Source: Octopus sinensis
Lineage: Eukaryota
Length of the DNA: 64,000 nucleotides
NCBI RefSeq assembly: GCF_006345805.1
Contig: NC_043024.1
Span: 1,426,001-1,490,000 of the forward strand
Direction: 5' to 3'
Shown: one piece after another, positions 12,696 to 22,732 of the stretch
Numbering within the stretch: position 1 is the first letter of the stretch
Layout: each line of letters opens with the position of its first letter
The notes under the pieces: model-generated
What the model saw: only the letters and a program-made list of their open reading frames with translations
Database searches by the model: none
What the model was told of the DNA's origin: nothing
Translations under genes and position numbers: made by a program

Positions 12696-14727
12696 TATAT
12701 ATACGACAGGCTTCTTTCAGTTTCCATCTACCAAATCCACTCACAAGGCTTTGGTCGGCCTAAGGCTATAGTAGAAGACACTTGCCCAAGATGCCACGCA
12801 GTGGGACTGAGCCCAGAACCATGTGGTTTGTAAGCAAGCTACTTACCACATAGCCACTCCTGAGGGACAAGGCCTGAAGTTTTGGGGGAGTGCTAGTCAA
12901 TTACATCGACCCCAGTGCATAACTGGTATGTGTGAGTGTGTGTGTGTTTGACTATTTTTGTCTCATACGTATTTTATCCATTTTCATTCTACAGCCCAGA
13001 ATATTTGTGTCTACGCTTATCAAAACGGCATCCAACTAAAACTGACTGATTTTGGGGCATCAAAGAATGCCAACAACGAATTCTTCGGTGAAGGAGTTAC
13101 ACTGATGTATGCGGCACCTGAAATCCACTATGATTGTTGCAAGAAATTCCTGTTACAGTGTGACCGTAATTCTGAAAAATATCAAGGAGGTTGGTGTATA
13201 TATCTCTGTATCTATAAAATTCTTTGTCTGTCTGTTTGCTATGCATTCTCAAACAGCTCAACCAAATTAAATCAAATTTTACAAGTATTACACTTCACGA
13301 GTGTCATCACCTAAAGTTTTTTCGTTTGCATTAAAACAATATAACATTTTACAGAGATAATCTTTCTATAGTCAACTATTGTATAGGACATTTTATATCA
13401 TGACCATGATGTCACATTTTGTATCTGAGTATGTGCCTGTGAATCTGTGCGTGTTTCTGCTTTAGGTACATTATTAAATACACACACACATCTGGACATG
13501 CATATACATGTGACGACTGACATGTGTGAATGTATGTCTGTGTGTATCTGTCTTAGTATATGTATGTGAGTGTGTATGTGTGATAATTTTTATTTACATT
13601 TGGATTAAAACACACATACATATCTGTTCAATATCCTGTTGAATTTCTGAATACACTTCGACCCACTGGGATGCCACTGCATAACTTGACACTAAAACTG
13701 GATGCTCTCATTACGTTGCTTAGGAACCTTGACCCGTCTCACCTGTGTAAAGGAACTTGCTTAATTGTTGCTTCCATGAATCCCCATGTCCTACAGGCAA
13801 CAATCATAACAGGTAGTCACAAAGGAGAGAATGTCATTATTCCCAAAATTCCTTGAATTTAAGATGCTTCAGTTTCCAGTTAAACTAAGTTTTGATATTT
13901 CAATCAACAAATCCTAGGGTCAATCCCTCAAGGAAGCTGGACTTGATCTCTCTACTACCTTTTATCCAAATTTTAAGCTCAAAAGGATAGGGGGTCCCTT
14001 ATACACAAATGTTCCTTATACATGTTAAAATATGGTGTATATATATATATGTGTATAATTGTATAGGCAGCGAGGTTATTATTAATTATGAAATTATTCC
14101 CAACATCCTTCATGGTTATTACATGTGTGTATACATATTTGTGTTTTGCAGTTTTGGACATAACTCAACATTTCTGTAGCAAGTATCATACATGTTCAGT
14201 GACGGAGAAGTGTGACCTTTTCTCTGTTGGTTTGGTTTGTCTGTTCATTAAGTGTAAAAATGACCCATGGAAGTTGTTGATTAAACAAGTAGAGTACTGC
14301 ATTCCAAAAATGGTATTGTTCCTTCTAATTTTTCCACTGACTTCATCTAAAAAAATTTTTTTTTCTTTTTTGGTGCAGGCTAGAAGAATGGGTGGTTTGA
14401 ACTCACAGCCTCTACCCCATTGTAGTTGCACACACCTGTCAATTTTCCCTTCTGTTCTTCCTCTTCCCATCCTCCTGTCGTCCTTGCTCTCTTCTTCCTC
14501 CCTTTCTCCATAAAAATTTCTATCAAACGTTCTGCTTACCGTTTCTTGCTTGCAAATGCATCACCCAGGAACCCTTTCCAGATGTTACTGTCACCCAGGG
14601 AACTTGTATATGCTTGCTTGATTTGCTCGAAATAGCAGTCAAGTCTTCTTTAAATTCAGCTAACTCCTTTACAAAAAGAAGGAAACTTACTGACCCACAT
14701 GTGGATATACATACATGTGCCTTCATG

Positions 14728-14775
<48 letters not shown>

Positions 14776-15926
14776 CACATTTGATACATGCCAATCCCAT
14801 CCATTCTGATCAGCCAAAAGCTCAAACTGGACACAGCAGGCCTCCCATGACCCTTTGCTGTCAAATTCTTGTGACTGTTCCTTAATGAGGACCCTACTGC
14901 GGCCTTGCACCTTTTTCTGGCTATTTAAAGCTGCAGAACTTTTTCCTATCTAATATCTTTTAATGAGGTCTTCACCAAAAAATTCTACTTGAGTTCTTTT
15001 GAATAGTTATAATTAACCCCTTCGTTACCAACCCGGCTGAAACCATCTCTGGCTCTGAGTACAAATGTCTTGTTTTCAAAAGTTTTAAATTAAAACCTTC
15101 CACCAAACCTTAGTCACAATTTATGTTCCTAACACCAGCTTAATGGTAACTAAGTTATTTTACTAAATTCTTTATTATATTTAAAGTAATTGAAAGAAAC
15201 ACAGAGCATCTCAAAATAAATATAGTAACGAAAGGGTTAAAGTATAGATTTTCTTATAAATAACTGAGAAATTACAAGTCAAAGTAAATATCAGGGGTTA
15301 CTCTCCCATTTTGGGCCCTACATTTTTTCTCATAACTTTTTTTCTACTGAACCAAATTTGGATTATTTTATGTCAAAATGTAGCTTACCGCTGCTCCATC
15401 ATAGTGCCAAAAAAAAATGAATCAAGATTAAGCTAAAACTGAATTAATGGTAAAATGTTAATTTGGCCGCGAGTAAGAGTTGGAAACAACAAATTATCAC
15501 TTTTTCATTCACTTAAAGATGCTTTTTTTTTCTATCTAATATCTTTTAACGGGATTTTCACCAAAATATTCTACTGTTTCGTGGCTATATTTAAGAAATG
15601 ATTATAGTAAAAGAATTAATTAATAGTAGTAGTAAAATCACTTCGATATAAATATAGCCACTCATCAGGTTATTCTACCAAATATATACATTTTTATTAT
15701 TTTTTGCAATTTACTTAATCATCGGTATATTATTGTTATTTTAATTCTAATATTTCTATTATATGTAATTTTCTAGAAGGTGTAATTTAATTGTTAATTT
15801 TTAATTGATAAAAGGTGGGGTTTTTTCTAATTTTTATATATATATATTATATTTTGTGAAATTTGATTTAGTATTTCTAAATTGAATTTTTCCCTGTAAG
15901 TTAGGAATAATATTCCCTCAGATAAT

Positions 15927-15963
<37 letters not shown>

Positions 15964-16330
15964 AATTAAGGACTGAACACGAAAAGTGGACAGTCAACAT
16001 GCTAGATATAGACGTCAAATCGCCATTCTCCACAAAAGATTATGTTCTCAAATCAAACTCAGCACAAACCCAAGCAATAAACAAGTGAAAATATACGAAA
16101 TAAAATACTTATCCATGTACTGATCAGTTTCGGCTATTATTATCCGCAAGGATACCTGTAGCCTTCATCAGCATGGCCCGATATAAATGCAATTTGCTGG
16201 ACTAGATGTTGACTGTCCACTTTTCGTGTTCAGTCCTTAATTGGTATATATAAATATTTTAATCTTCGGATTCTTTTTTTAATATGCTAGAACACTGGTT
16301 TTAATTGATAAATATTGATTTCTACCCTTA

Positions 16331-16361
<31 letters not shown>

Positions 16362-17787
16362 GCTGTTGTTGTAATGTGACTCTCATTTCTTTTTACTTTG
16401 AAGTATTCTCGTTACCCGAATATAATGAAAGGCTTGGTTCAAGATGATTGGGGGGATTTGGCTTCCCTAATAAGCAGCTTATTGACTGGAGACCCTTCAG
16501 AGAGGTGTTCTGTGAACGAAATTTTTGTATTTATGAAGAGTAAGTATTTGAACTTCTGGATGTTGTAATTCTTAATCTTACATAATCTTAATCCTTTAGC
16601 ATTCGGATTACTCTGTGAAATTTAATGCTTATGTATTCACGTTGTTCTTGTAGCTTTGAGATTTAACGATGTAATGGGTTGCTTTTAGTACGTTGGGCAA
16701 AATACTTTGCACCATTTTGTCTGTCCTTGCGATCTGAGTTCAAATTCTGCCAAAGTCAACTTTGCCTTTCATCCTTTTGGGGTCAGTAAATTAAGTACCA
16801 GTTGAGTACTGGGGTTGATGTGATCGACTGTTCCTCTCCCCACAAATTTCGGTCCTTGTGGCCAATAAAGAAAGGATTATTATTATTAGGAGTAGGAGTA
16901 GCAGCAGCAGCAGTAGCAGCCATTCAAGAATTTGGACCTGGAGATCTCCATTTCCAGTGACTTCGAGGGCCACCTCCCAGTGGTGTCGGGGGTCAACGAA
17001 GAGCCCTCGACTACAAGACGACCAAGGTTTTTTTTTGTTTCCAAGGTCTGGAGACTCCCACCCCCAAGCCCTAGACCATCACCTAATCACCCTTACCCGT
17101 CTTGCTTAACAACAACAACAACAACAACAACAGCAGCAGTAGTAGTAGTAGTAGTAGTATAATCAGAATCTTGTACTGTATAAATTATTGAAAACCAAAA
17201 AAACTAACTGCAGGAGTGGCTGTGTGGTAAGTAGCTTGCCTACCAACCACATGGTTCCGGGTTCAGTCCCACTGCGTGGCACCTTGGGCAAGTGTCTTCT
17301 GCTATAGCCTCAGACCGACCAAAGCCTTGTAAGTAGATTTGGTAGATGGAAACTGAAAGAAGCCTGTCGTATATGTGTGTATGTGTTTGTGTTTGTCTCC
17401 CTAGCATTGCTTGACAACCGATGCTGGTGTGTTTACGTCCCCGTCACTTAGCGGTTCGGCAAAAGAGACCGATAGAATAAGTACTGGGCTTACAAAGAAT
17501 AAGTCCCGGGGTCGATTTGCTCGACTAAAGGCGGTGCTCCAGCATGGCCGCAGTCAAATGACTGAAACAAGTAAAAAAAAGAAGAAAAAAAAAGAAAAGA
17601 ACAAAAAAATGGAAATGAAATAATTAATTTGTTTTTATTTTATTAAATTTCAGAATTGATGGACAGCCAACAAGAAATGGATGTTCCGAATGGCACCCAG
17701 GTGGTAAACGAGGTGAATGCCGTCCAACCGATGGAGGATGACTCACAGAATTTACCGAATATTCCGAATATGGATTTACTTTTCTAG
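1170..17787 (+). CDS. Multi-exon Ser/Thr protein kinase, MAP3K8(Cot/Tpl2)/MAP3K14(NIK)-like, 12 coding exons, 429 aa predicted
   Basis: Hand-spliced exons 1170-1218, 4094-4126, 5031-5072, 5845-5917, 7982-8072, 10061-10174, 10981-11107, 11794-11928, 12995-13189, 14152-14312, 16404-16539 and 17654-17787 sum to 1290 nt. All introns are GT-AG with matching phases and there are no internal stops. Motifs: [10 protein letters not shown] (Gly loop), YVRK (beta3 Lys), REVE (alphaC Glu), [38 protein letters not shown]. The family call rests on remembered similarity to Cot/NIK and is less certain than the kinase call. Confidence 0.9.
1293..2292 (-). mobile_element. SINE-like family C copy ((GAT)n tail, RTE-like body) with a 14-unit internal 61-bp tandem expansion
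   Basis: (cat)n...ttccatgctagcatgggtt...ctggatgcccttcctaacgccaaccactc body shared with copies at about 4212, 4553, 6819, 11193, 21086, 48045, 51954, 55772, 56056, 59905 (reverse), 60319 and 62540. Confidence 0.9.
2450..2720 (+). mobile_element. SINE family F (V-SINE-like tgtgttcttgagcaagacac body)
   Basis: A reverse copy at 24360-24965 is split by a family B insertion with a 16-bp duplication aggttgtttatggaag (24431-24446, 24779-24794); a tRNA-like head is seen at 59366-59510. Confidence 0.7.
2782..3200 (+). mobile_element. tRNA-derived SINE family A, full length
   Basis: ggcgcaggagtggctgtgtggtaag head with a B-box-like ggttcagtccc, internal (TA/TG)n, tail gactgaaacaagtaaaagag; partial copies at 205-405, 6157-6300, 12600-12862, 25035-25345, 28545-28920, 34438-34610 and 57560-57715. 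Confidence 0.92.
3676..4049 (-). mobile_element. Non-autonomous Helitron-like element
   Basis: Minus strand begins TCtttatatataaaag...(gt)n, has an internal ~100-bp tandem duplication (3719-3800, 3817-3900) and ends in a degenerate cccgggcaatactgcta. Confidence 0.5.
4094..4126 (+). CDS. Kinase micro-exon 2 (33 nt, [11 protein letters not shown])
   Basis: ttctttttttcag acceptor, CAG|gtaagg donor, phase 1-1. Confidence 0.75.
5031..5072 (+). CDS. Kinase micro-exon 3 (42 nt, [14 protein letters not shown])
   Basis: ttgttttcag acceptor, TTG|gtaagt donor, phase 1-1. Confidence 0.75.
5373..5560 (-). mobile_element. SINE family E (shares its 5' body with family D, different tail)
   Basis: ccgtgaccgaccaggctatcagatgttgctacacatcgctggtcacaatg also at 50986-51250 and in reverse at 63172-63283. 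Confidence 0.75.
5845..5917 (+). CDS. Kinase exon 4 ([24 protein letters not shown])
   Basis: ttttgtttag acceptor, CAA|gtaaat donor; phase 1-2 bridges exon 3 to exon 5. Confidence 0.7.
6492..6765 (+). pseudogene. Decayed reverse-transcriptase fragment of an RLE-type (HERO/NeSL-like) non-LTR retrotransposon
   Basis: [31 protein letters not shown], then across frameshifts [14 protein letters not shown] (decayed FMDD) and [17 protein letters not shown]. Confidence 0.65.
7982..8072 (+). CDS. Kinase exon 5 ([31 protein letters not shown])
   Basis: tttctttacag acceptor, GAG|gtaaga donor, phase 2-0; resembles the Cot/NIK N-terminal extension. Confidence 0.85.
8200..8517 (+). mobile_element. CR1/L2-group LINE 3' end
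   Basis: [11 protein letters not shown]...[21 protein letters not shown]...FKVSLD C-terminus with a stop and frameshift; (AATTG)n tail. Confidence 0.8.
10061..10174 (+). CDS. Kinase exon 6 (subdomains I-II)
   Basis: tcttccacag acceptor, GAA|gtaatt donor; [38 protein letters not shown]. Confidence 0.9.
10981..11107 (+). CDS. Kinase exon 7 (subdomains III-V)
   Basis: tttttaccag acceptor, GTG|gtaagt donor; [42 protein letters not shown]. Confidence 0.92.
11794..11928 (+). CDS. Kinase exon 8 (subdomain VI, HLDIK)
   Basis: ttctctacag acceptor, AAC|gtaagt donor; GMDLHSAM...[20 protein letters not shown]. Confidence 0.93.
11990..12570 (-). pseudogene. Decayed non-LTR retrotransposon RT C-terminal fragment
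   Basis: [29 protein letters not shown]...CSHIW...IQRKAI...[14 protein letters not shown], broken by frameshifts. Confidence 0.6.
12995..13189 (+). CDS. Kinase exon 9 (DFG to APE and start of the insert)
   Basis: cattctacag acceptor; donor GAG|gttggt, with an alternative same-phase donor at 13165|gtaatt; PQNICV...[10 protein letters not shown]...TLMYAAPE. Confidence 0.9.
13202..13965 (+). mobile_element. Helitron-derived element with a PIF1-helicase fragment (13623-13960)
   Basis: [22 protein letters not shown]...[14 protein letters not shown]...[16 protein letters not shown], then [18 protein letters not shown]...GLDL; Helitron-like 5' sequence tctataaaa...gtctgtctgtttgctatgc. Confidence 0.85.
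14152..14312 (+). CDS. Kinase exon 10 (subdomain IX)
   Basis: gtgttttgcag acceptor, ATG|gtattg donor; ...[23 protein letters not shown]... Confidence 0.88.
15017..15236. mobile_element. piggyBac-type MITE
   Basis: TTAA|CCCCTTCGTTAC...GTAACGAAAGGG|TTAA; an internally deleted sister copy lies at 24078-24211. Confidence 0.85.
15574..15673 (-). ncRNA. Truncated hammerhead-ribozyme-like motif
   Basis: Minus strand: CTGATGA-GTGGCTATATTTA...TAAATATAGCCAC-GAAACAG, with a 13-bp perfect stem II; the 3' halves of stems III and I are missing. Confidence 0.6.
16113..16176 (-). ncRNA. Type-I hammerhead ribozyme (Penelope-like)
   Basis: Minus strand: CCATG-CTGATGA-A-GGCTA...TAGCC-GAAA-CTGATCAG-TA-CATGG; paired stems I and II, palindromic stem III. 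Confidence 0.8.
16404..16539 (+). CDS. Kinase exon 11 (subdomain XI)
   Basis: ctttttactttgaag acceptor, AGA|gtaagt donor; ...[22 protein letters not shown]... Confidence 0.88.
17209..17580 (+). mobile_element. SINE family A
   Basis: Near-identical to 2782-3200. Confidence 0.92.
17654..17787 (+). CDS. Kinase terminal coding exon (acidic C-tail ending NIPNMDLLF*)
   Basis: taaatttcag acceptor; phase 1 continues the frame to TAG at 17785-17787. Confidence 0.8.
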
Positions 17788-18449
17788 TTGCAAAATCTTG
17801 ACCCCCCCCCCATCCTGTTCAGTTACTCTAGCTAATTGATTGCTTATTAGATGATAGAAATCGGTCTTCCTTTTTATACAACAGTAAATGGAACCTTTGT
17901 GAAGACATACAGCATCCCACACACTCGGTCATTCGTATATCTTCCCTCTGTCTGCGAAACAATTAATTCAATAATTCATTTTTAGTTAAGATCAGAAGTT
18001 CACACTTTCCATTAGCATTGCAATGTTCATGTTGATGTTATTCATGGCTCCCCTAGATAACGCTGTCCCTGTTTTTCTGCTCCCCGTTGCAAATATCAAT
18101 GGGAACAAATTTAGCAATTTTTGGCAAAATATGTGCCCTTTTGCCGAGTTATAACAAAAAGTTAGTGAAAATATTTTAAATGTTTACAGTTGGACAGATA
18201 GACAAATATAACAAAATAATTTGACAAAAAATGTGAATTTTTAATTATTTTCTGAAATTTTAAAAATGACACAGTTTATGAGGTTCTTTTCTTCTTTCTT
18301 TCTTTCTTTCTCCCCCCCCCCTCTTCAATCTCCAGAATGACCAAACTTCATCATTTATTAACATTTTACCTGTTACAGTCTCAGGTAAAACTTATCACTT
18401 TGCTTTCTTCTAGCATTGAATCTCAGTTTGAATCCCTTTCAACCGTCAG

Positions 18450-18973
18450 GTTCCTCTCTCAGATGTAATAATTCTTATTTTATTCACATCATTTTGAATT
18501 AATCATCCATTATCTCATAGCTTCAAGATTTCAATGACACGATTGTTTATTTTTAGAACGACATTGTAGGATAGGTATGAAAGGCCAGATCTGGCCAGGT
18601 TAACCCTTTAGCATTCAGATTACTCTGTCAAATGCTTATTTATTCACATCGTCTGGAATTAATCATCCATTATCTCATAGCTTCGATATTTCAGAGATGT
18701 GATTGTTTATTTTTAGAACGACATTGTAGGATAGGTATAGGAGGCCAGATATGGCCAGTTTAACCCTTTAGCATTCAAATTACTCTGTCAAATGCTTATT
18801 TATTCACATCGTTTTGAATTAATCATGCATTATCTCATAGCTTCGATATTTCAGAGATGTGATTGTGTTTTCTCAGAATGATTTTGTGTTGCAGATCTGC
18901 AACGCTTGATCTCCCCAGTTTAAACATAAAACTGGTGGAATATTTGGGTTGGACTGATTTAAATGCTAAAGGG
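18450..18973. mobile_element. Second piggyBac-type MITE, as a tandem of three ~160-bp units
   Basis: TTAA|CCCTTTAGCATT at 18604 and 18764; AATGCTAAAGGG|TTAA ends at 18973; a degenerate copy lies at 16588-16688. Confidence 0.75.
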
Positions 18974-19219
18974 TTAAGAAATTAATATAGATAAGTTGCT
19001 CTGTGGGTTTGTTTCCATTCTTAACTGTCGACTGGGAGTTAGAGTTATTTCCGTTCATTCTAATGTTGCTCTTCCCTTACGGAGCCAAGCTTTTATTAGG
19101 ATATAAGGAAATGGCCACAGCTCCAAGTCTTCAGGAAAAAATAAACTTGTCCATTTCTTCTTTTTCACAAAAAAGGGATGCAATTCAACTGAAATCCTTC
19201 AAATGTAAACTTTCATCAA

Positions 19220-19685
19220 AGTGTGACATCACAGTACACACCTGTAACATACTGCGATGTCACACTGCCTGCTGTAACACCCGGTGTCACAGTACGACCT
19301 GCAACATTGTGCCAGGAGTATACAGGCTGAGACACATAGCAATGTTAAAATCACAGTACGTGTTGTAACATTGCAATATCACAGCCCAGCACATGTGACA
19401 GTGTGATGTCACAGTACGTATTGTAACATTGCAATGTCACAGCCCAGCACATGTGACAGTGTGGTGGCACAATCGCTGTGTATCGTATCGCTGTGATGAC
19501 ACTACATATTGTAACATAGTGATGCCACAGTACGTATTGTAACATTGCAATGTCGCAGTACATGTAACATAGTAATGTTACACTCACAGTACATTGTGAC
19601 ATTGCAATATCACAGTCCAGTACATGTTGTAACATTGCAATGTCATGGTATGTGTAACACACTGTGACATTACAATAACAATATG
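19220..19685. repeat. Degenerate minisatellite built from tgtaacattgcaat/gtcacagtac words
   Basis: Direct reading; includes a ~57-bp near-exact duplication at 19352-19465. Confidence 0.8.
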
Positions 19686-19695
19686 TAGCAAGTGA

Positions 19696-19928
19696 GGCGG
19701 CGAGCTGGCAGAATCGTTAGCACACTGGGCGAAATGCGTAGCGGTATTTCATCTGCCGTCACATTCTGAGTTCAAATTCCACTGAGGTCGACTTTGCCTT
19801 TCATCCTTTCGGGGTTGATAAATTAAGTACCAGTTACACACTGGGGTCGATGTAATCTACTTAATCCCTTTGTCTGTCCTTGTTTGTCCCCTCTGTGTTT
19901 AGCCCCTTGTGAGTAGTAAAGAAATAGG
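19696..19928 (+). mobile_element. SINE family B (ggcggcgagctggcagaatcgttagcac head; gcctttcatcctttcggggtcgataaa core, MetaSINE-like)
   Basis: Copies at about 8840-9075 (-), 16690-16880, 23798-24000, 24446-24780, 33760-34120 (-), 38428-38635, 44083-44240 and 52680-52800 (-). Confidence 0.85.
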
Positions 19929-20588
19929 TGTGGAATCAGTCGAGAAAAGTATATTTTAATCTATACCCACCTGCTCAAGGAGAAGCCACTTCTAGCCACC
20001 TTTGTTAGGCAACCTCAACATCCCATTTTTCAGTTGCATTTCAAGGTGGAGTTTTAGTGGTGCACCAAACTGACCATTCATAGTACATACCGATTACAGT
20101 ATGTCAGTTGACAAAAACCTCCTTGTATATTCTCTATGCTTTATATACATTATATTTTTTTATATATATCAACCTATAGTATATATTTACTGTTAAAGCA
20201 GAAGCTCCCTCTATGGGTAAATATATTGTTTATTTTTTTTGCTTTTTTTTAAAAATTATTTCCATGACTCTCAAAGACTTTGTGAAGACTGCTGTAAAGG
20301 CATGAAAGGATGTAGTGTTGTGAAATGTGGTAAAAAGGTAATTGAACAGGTGTAGTGTGTGTATGCGTGTGATCACGTGCATGAATATATATACAGGTAT
20401 ACTTCAACTTAGGTCATTTCGAGTTATATCTTTTTTTCGACTTTGTATCTATTTTTTTCTAAAGAAATAAATGGGGGGGGGGGGGCAAAAAAGCTCAACT
20501 TTTCAGTCAGTTTGTCTGACTTCACGTCGCTCTTGGTGCATATTTAAACCCATAAAAACATTAACAGAAAACTGGAGAAGTGAAATGA

Positions 20589-20627
20589 AATAAATACAGA
20601 TGTAATGGTAATACATTTAGTTGTGTT
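20589..20627 (+). terminator. Candidate polyadenylation signal of the kinase (others at 19140 and 20466)
   Basis: AATAAA followed about 25 nt later by GT-rich agttgtgtt; 17788-20600 is mostly unique, UTR-like sequence. Confidence 0.3.
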
Positions 20628-20957
20628 AACAAAGGGGTGTGGGTTCAAGTCCCACACAGATAGGAAAGCCTTTTTTTTTTGTCAAGGGCTTATATGCTCC
20701 ATTATTAGACTATTTTTCTTAGTCATCGCACAGTGATCACTATAAGCTTTAGGCTTATATAAATACCATTATTATTATTATTATTATTTACAGGGTTATG
20801 AAACCTGGCATCATATAAGAAAACCATTCTCTCATAAGTTAATACATTTTTTTTTTTAATGATTTTTCATCTGAAATCATTTTTTGGGTTATGTTGCATA
20901 TCTTAATGACAACCAATTACTAACATAAAATGAAATATTTCTTTGAAAATATATAGA

Positions 20958-21009
<52 letters not shown>

Positions 21010-22683
21010 TAGATAGATATATATACATATATGTTTATATATCGATAGATTGATAGATATAGATATATATTCATATGGGTTTATATCATCATCATCATCG
21101 TTTAGCGTCCGCTTTCCATGCTAGCATGGGTTGGACAGTTCAACTGGGGTCTGGGAAGCCAGAAGGCTGCACCAGGCTCCAGTCAGATCAGTGTTTCTAC
21201 AGCTGGATGCCCTTCTTAACGCCAACCACTCCGTGAGTGTAGTGGGTGCTTTTTATGTGCCACCGACACAGGTGCCAGACGAGGCTGGCGAACGGCCACA
21301 CCCGGATGGTGCTTTTTATGTGCCAGCGGCACGGAGGCCAGGCGAGGCTGGCACGGCCACGATTGGATGGTGTTTGTTACATGCCAACAGCACGGAGGCC
21401 AGTCGATGCAGTGCTGGCTACGGCCACATTTGGATGGTTCTCTTATGTGCCACCGGCACTGGTACCACAAACTACAAATTCCATTGACGTTGATCGATTT
21501 CGATTTTGATTTGATTTTAATATATATATATATGTACACATATATATATATACATATGTTATATGTGTATATATCATCTGTGTAATATATATGTGTATAT
21601 ATCATCAGTTACAAGATCAGTGATCATATGACACTGTATATTCTATATATTGTGAGCGAGGTCAGACTAATGCCATGCCTAGAAAACGAGTACCCACCAC
21701 TGAAGTGATCCAAGAAGATCGAAATTACATGATCTGGTGGTCTTGAAGCTAGGCTGGCAGAAGTTCTTACCTGCTCGTAGTGAATGTTGTGTGCAAAACA
21801 CACTGAGTAACCAGCTGGAGGAGATGTCTTCCTGGGGTTAAAATAATAGCAGAATTGTTGGTTCTTAGAAAACACCCATGTTAAAGTGTTGACAAACACA
21901 CACACACACATTTCTAGCTGTCAATATATCTATCTATCTTGGGAACAGCTACTTGCGTAAGTTGAAGTATGCCTATGTTAACGTGCACCCGTGTGATGAG
22001 GGTGGCAGTGTGTGTGTGATGATGGTGACAGTGTGTGTGTGGTGATGATGATGATGGTGATAGTGTGTGTGTGTGACCATGTGTATGATGATGATGATGA
22101 TACTTGTATACAACATGAATCTGATGGTGACATTGATGATGATTGAGCAGATATCAATGATGATGGTGGTTCTGATGATGTTTGGGAAAATAAAAAATAT
22201 TAATGATTTGTCTGTGTGTGTGAGAGAGAGAGAGATGGTGATGTGAAGAGTTGGTAGTGAGACAAAAGTGGATGGTTGTGTGTAAAGATGGCAGTGGTGA
22301 GAGTATTGTGATGGTGTTGGTGATGGTGTCTTTGACAATTTTCATTCCTTTTATTTTCGTTAATTTTATTTTATATCTAAAAACTACACAACATGGAACA
22401 TGTGGCACAACAACAACACATACACAGACACACAGACGTTGTTATGCATGCGAGACACACAGACGTAGAATGTGTATACACTCAACCACACTGTAAGAAC
22501 AACAACTAATGAAGCAACACAACACACATTACAAAACATTACAACACATGCACAACACAACACACATGGAGCAGCATAAAACACATGCGTAACAACACAA
22601 CATGTAGAATAGCATCACATACATAACAACACAACACATATACACAATACAACACCCATGCATAACAACACCAACTTATGCAC

Positions 22684-22732
<49 letters not shown>

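Noticed and set aside
17411-17623. Recurrent ORFs such as [15 protein letters not shown]..., [12 protein letters not shown] and [11 protein letters not shown]
   Set aside because: Translations of SINE families A and C repeated across the window
19003-19368. 121-aa ORF downstream of the kinase
   Set aside because: Non-ATG start, no motif, and it runs into the degenerate minisatellite
20597-20680. tRNA-like D arm and T arm (gtgggttcaagtcccac) followed by T10
   Set aside because: No acceptor stem and a poor anticodon arm; at most a decayed tRNA or SINE head
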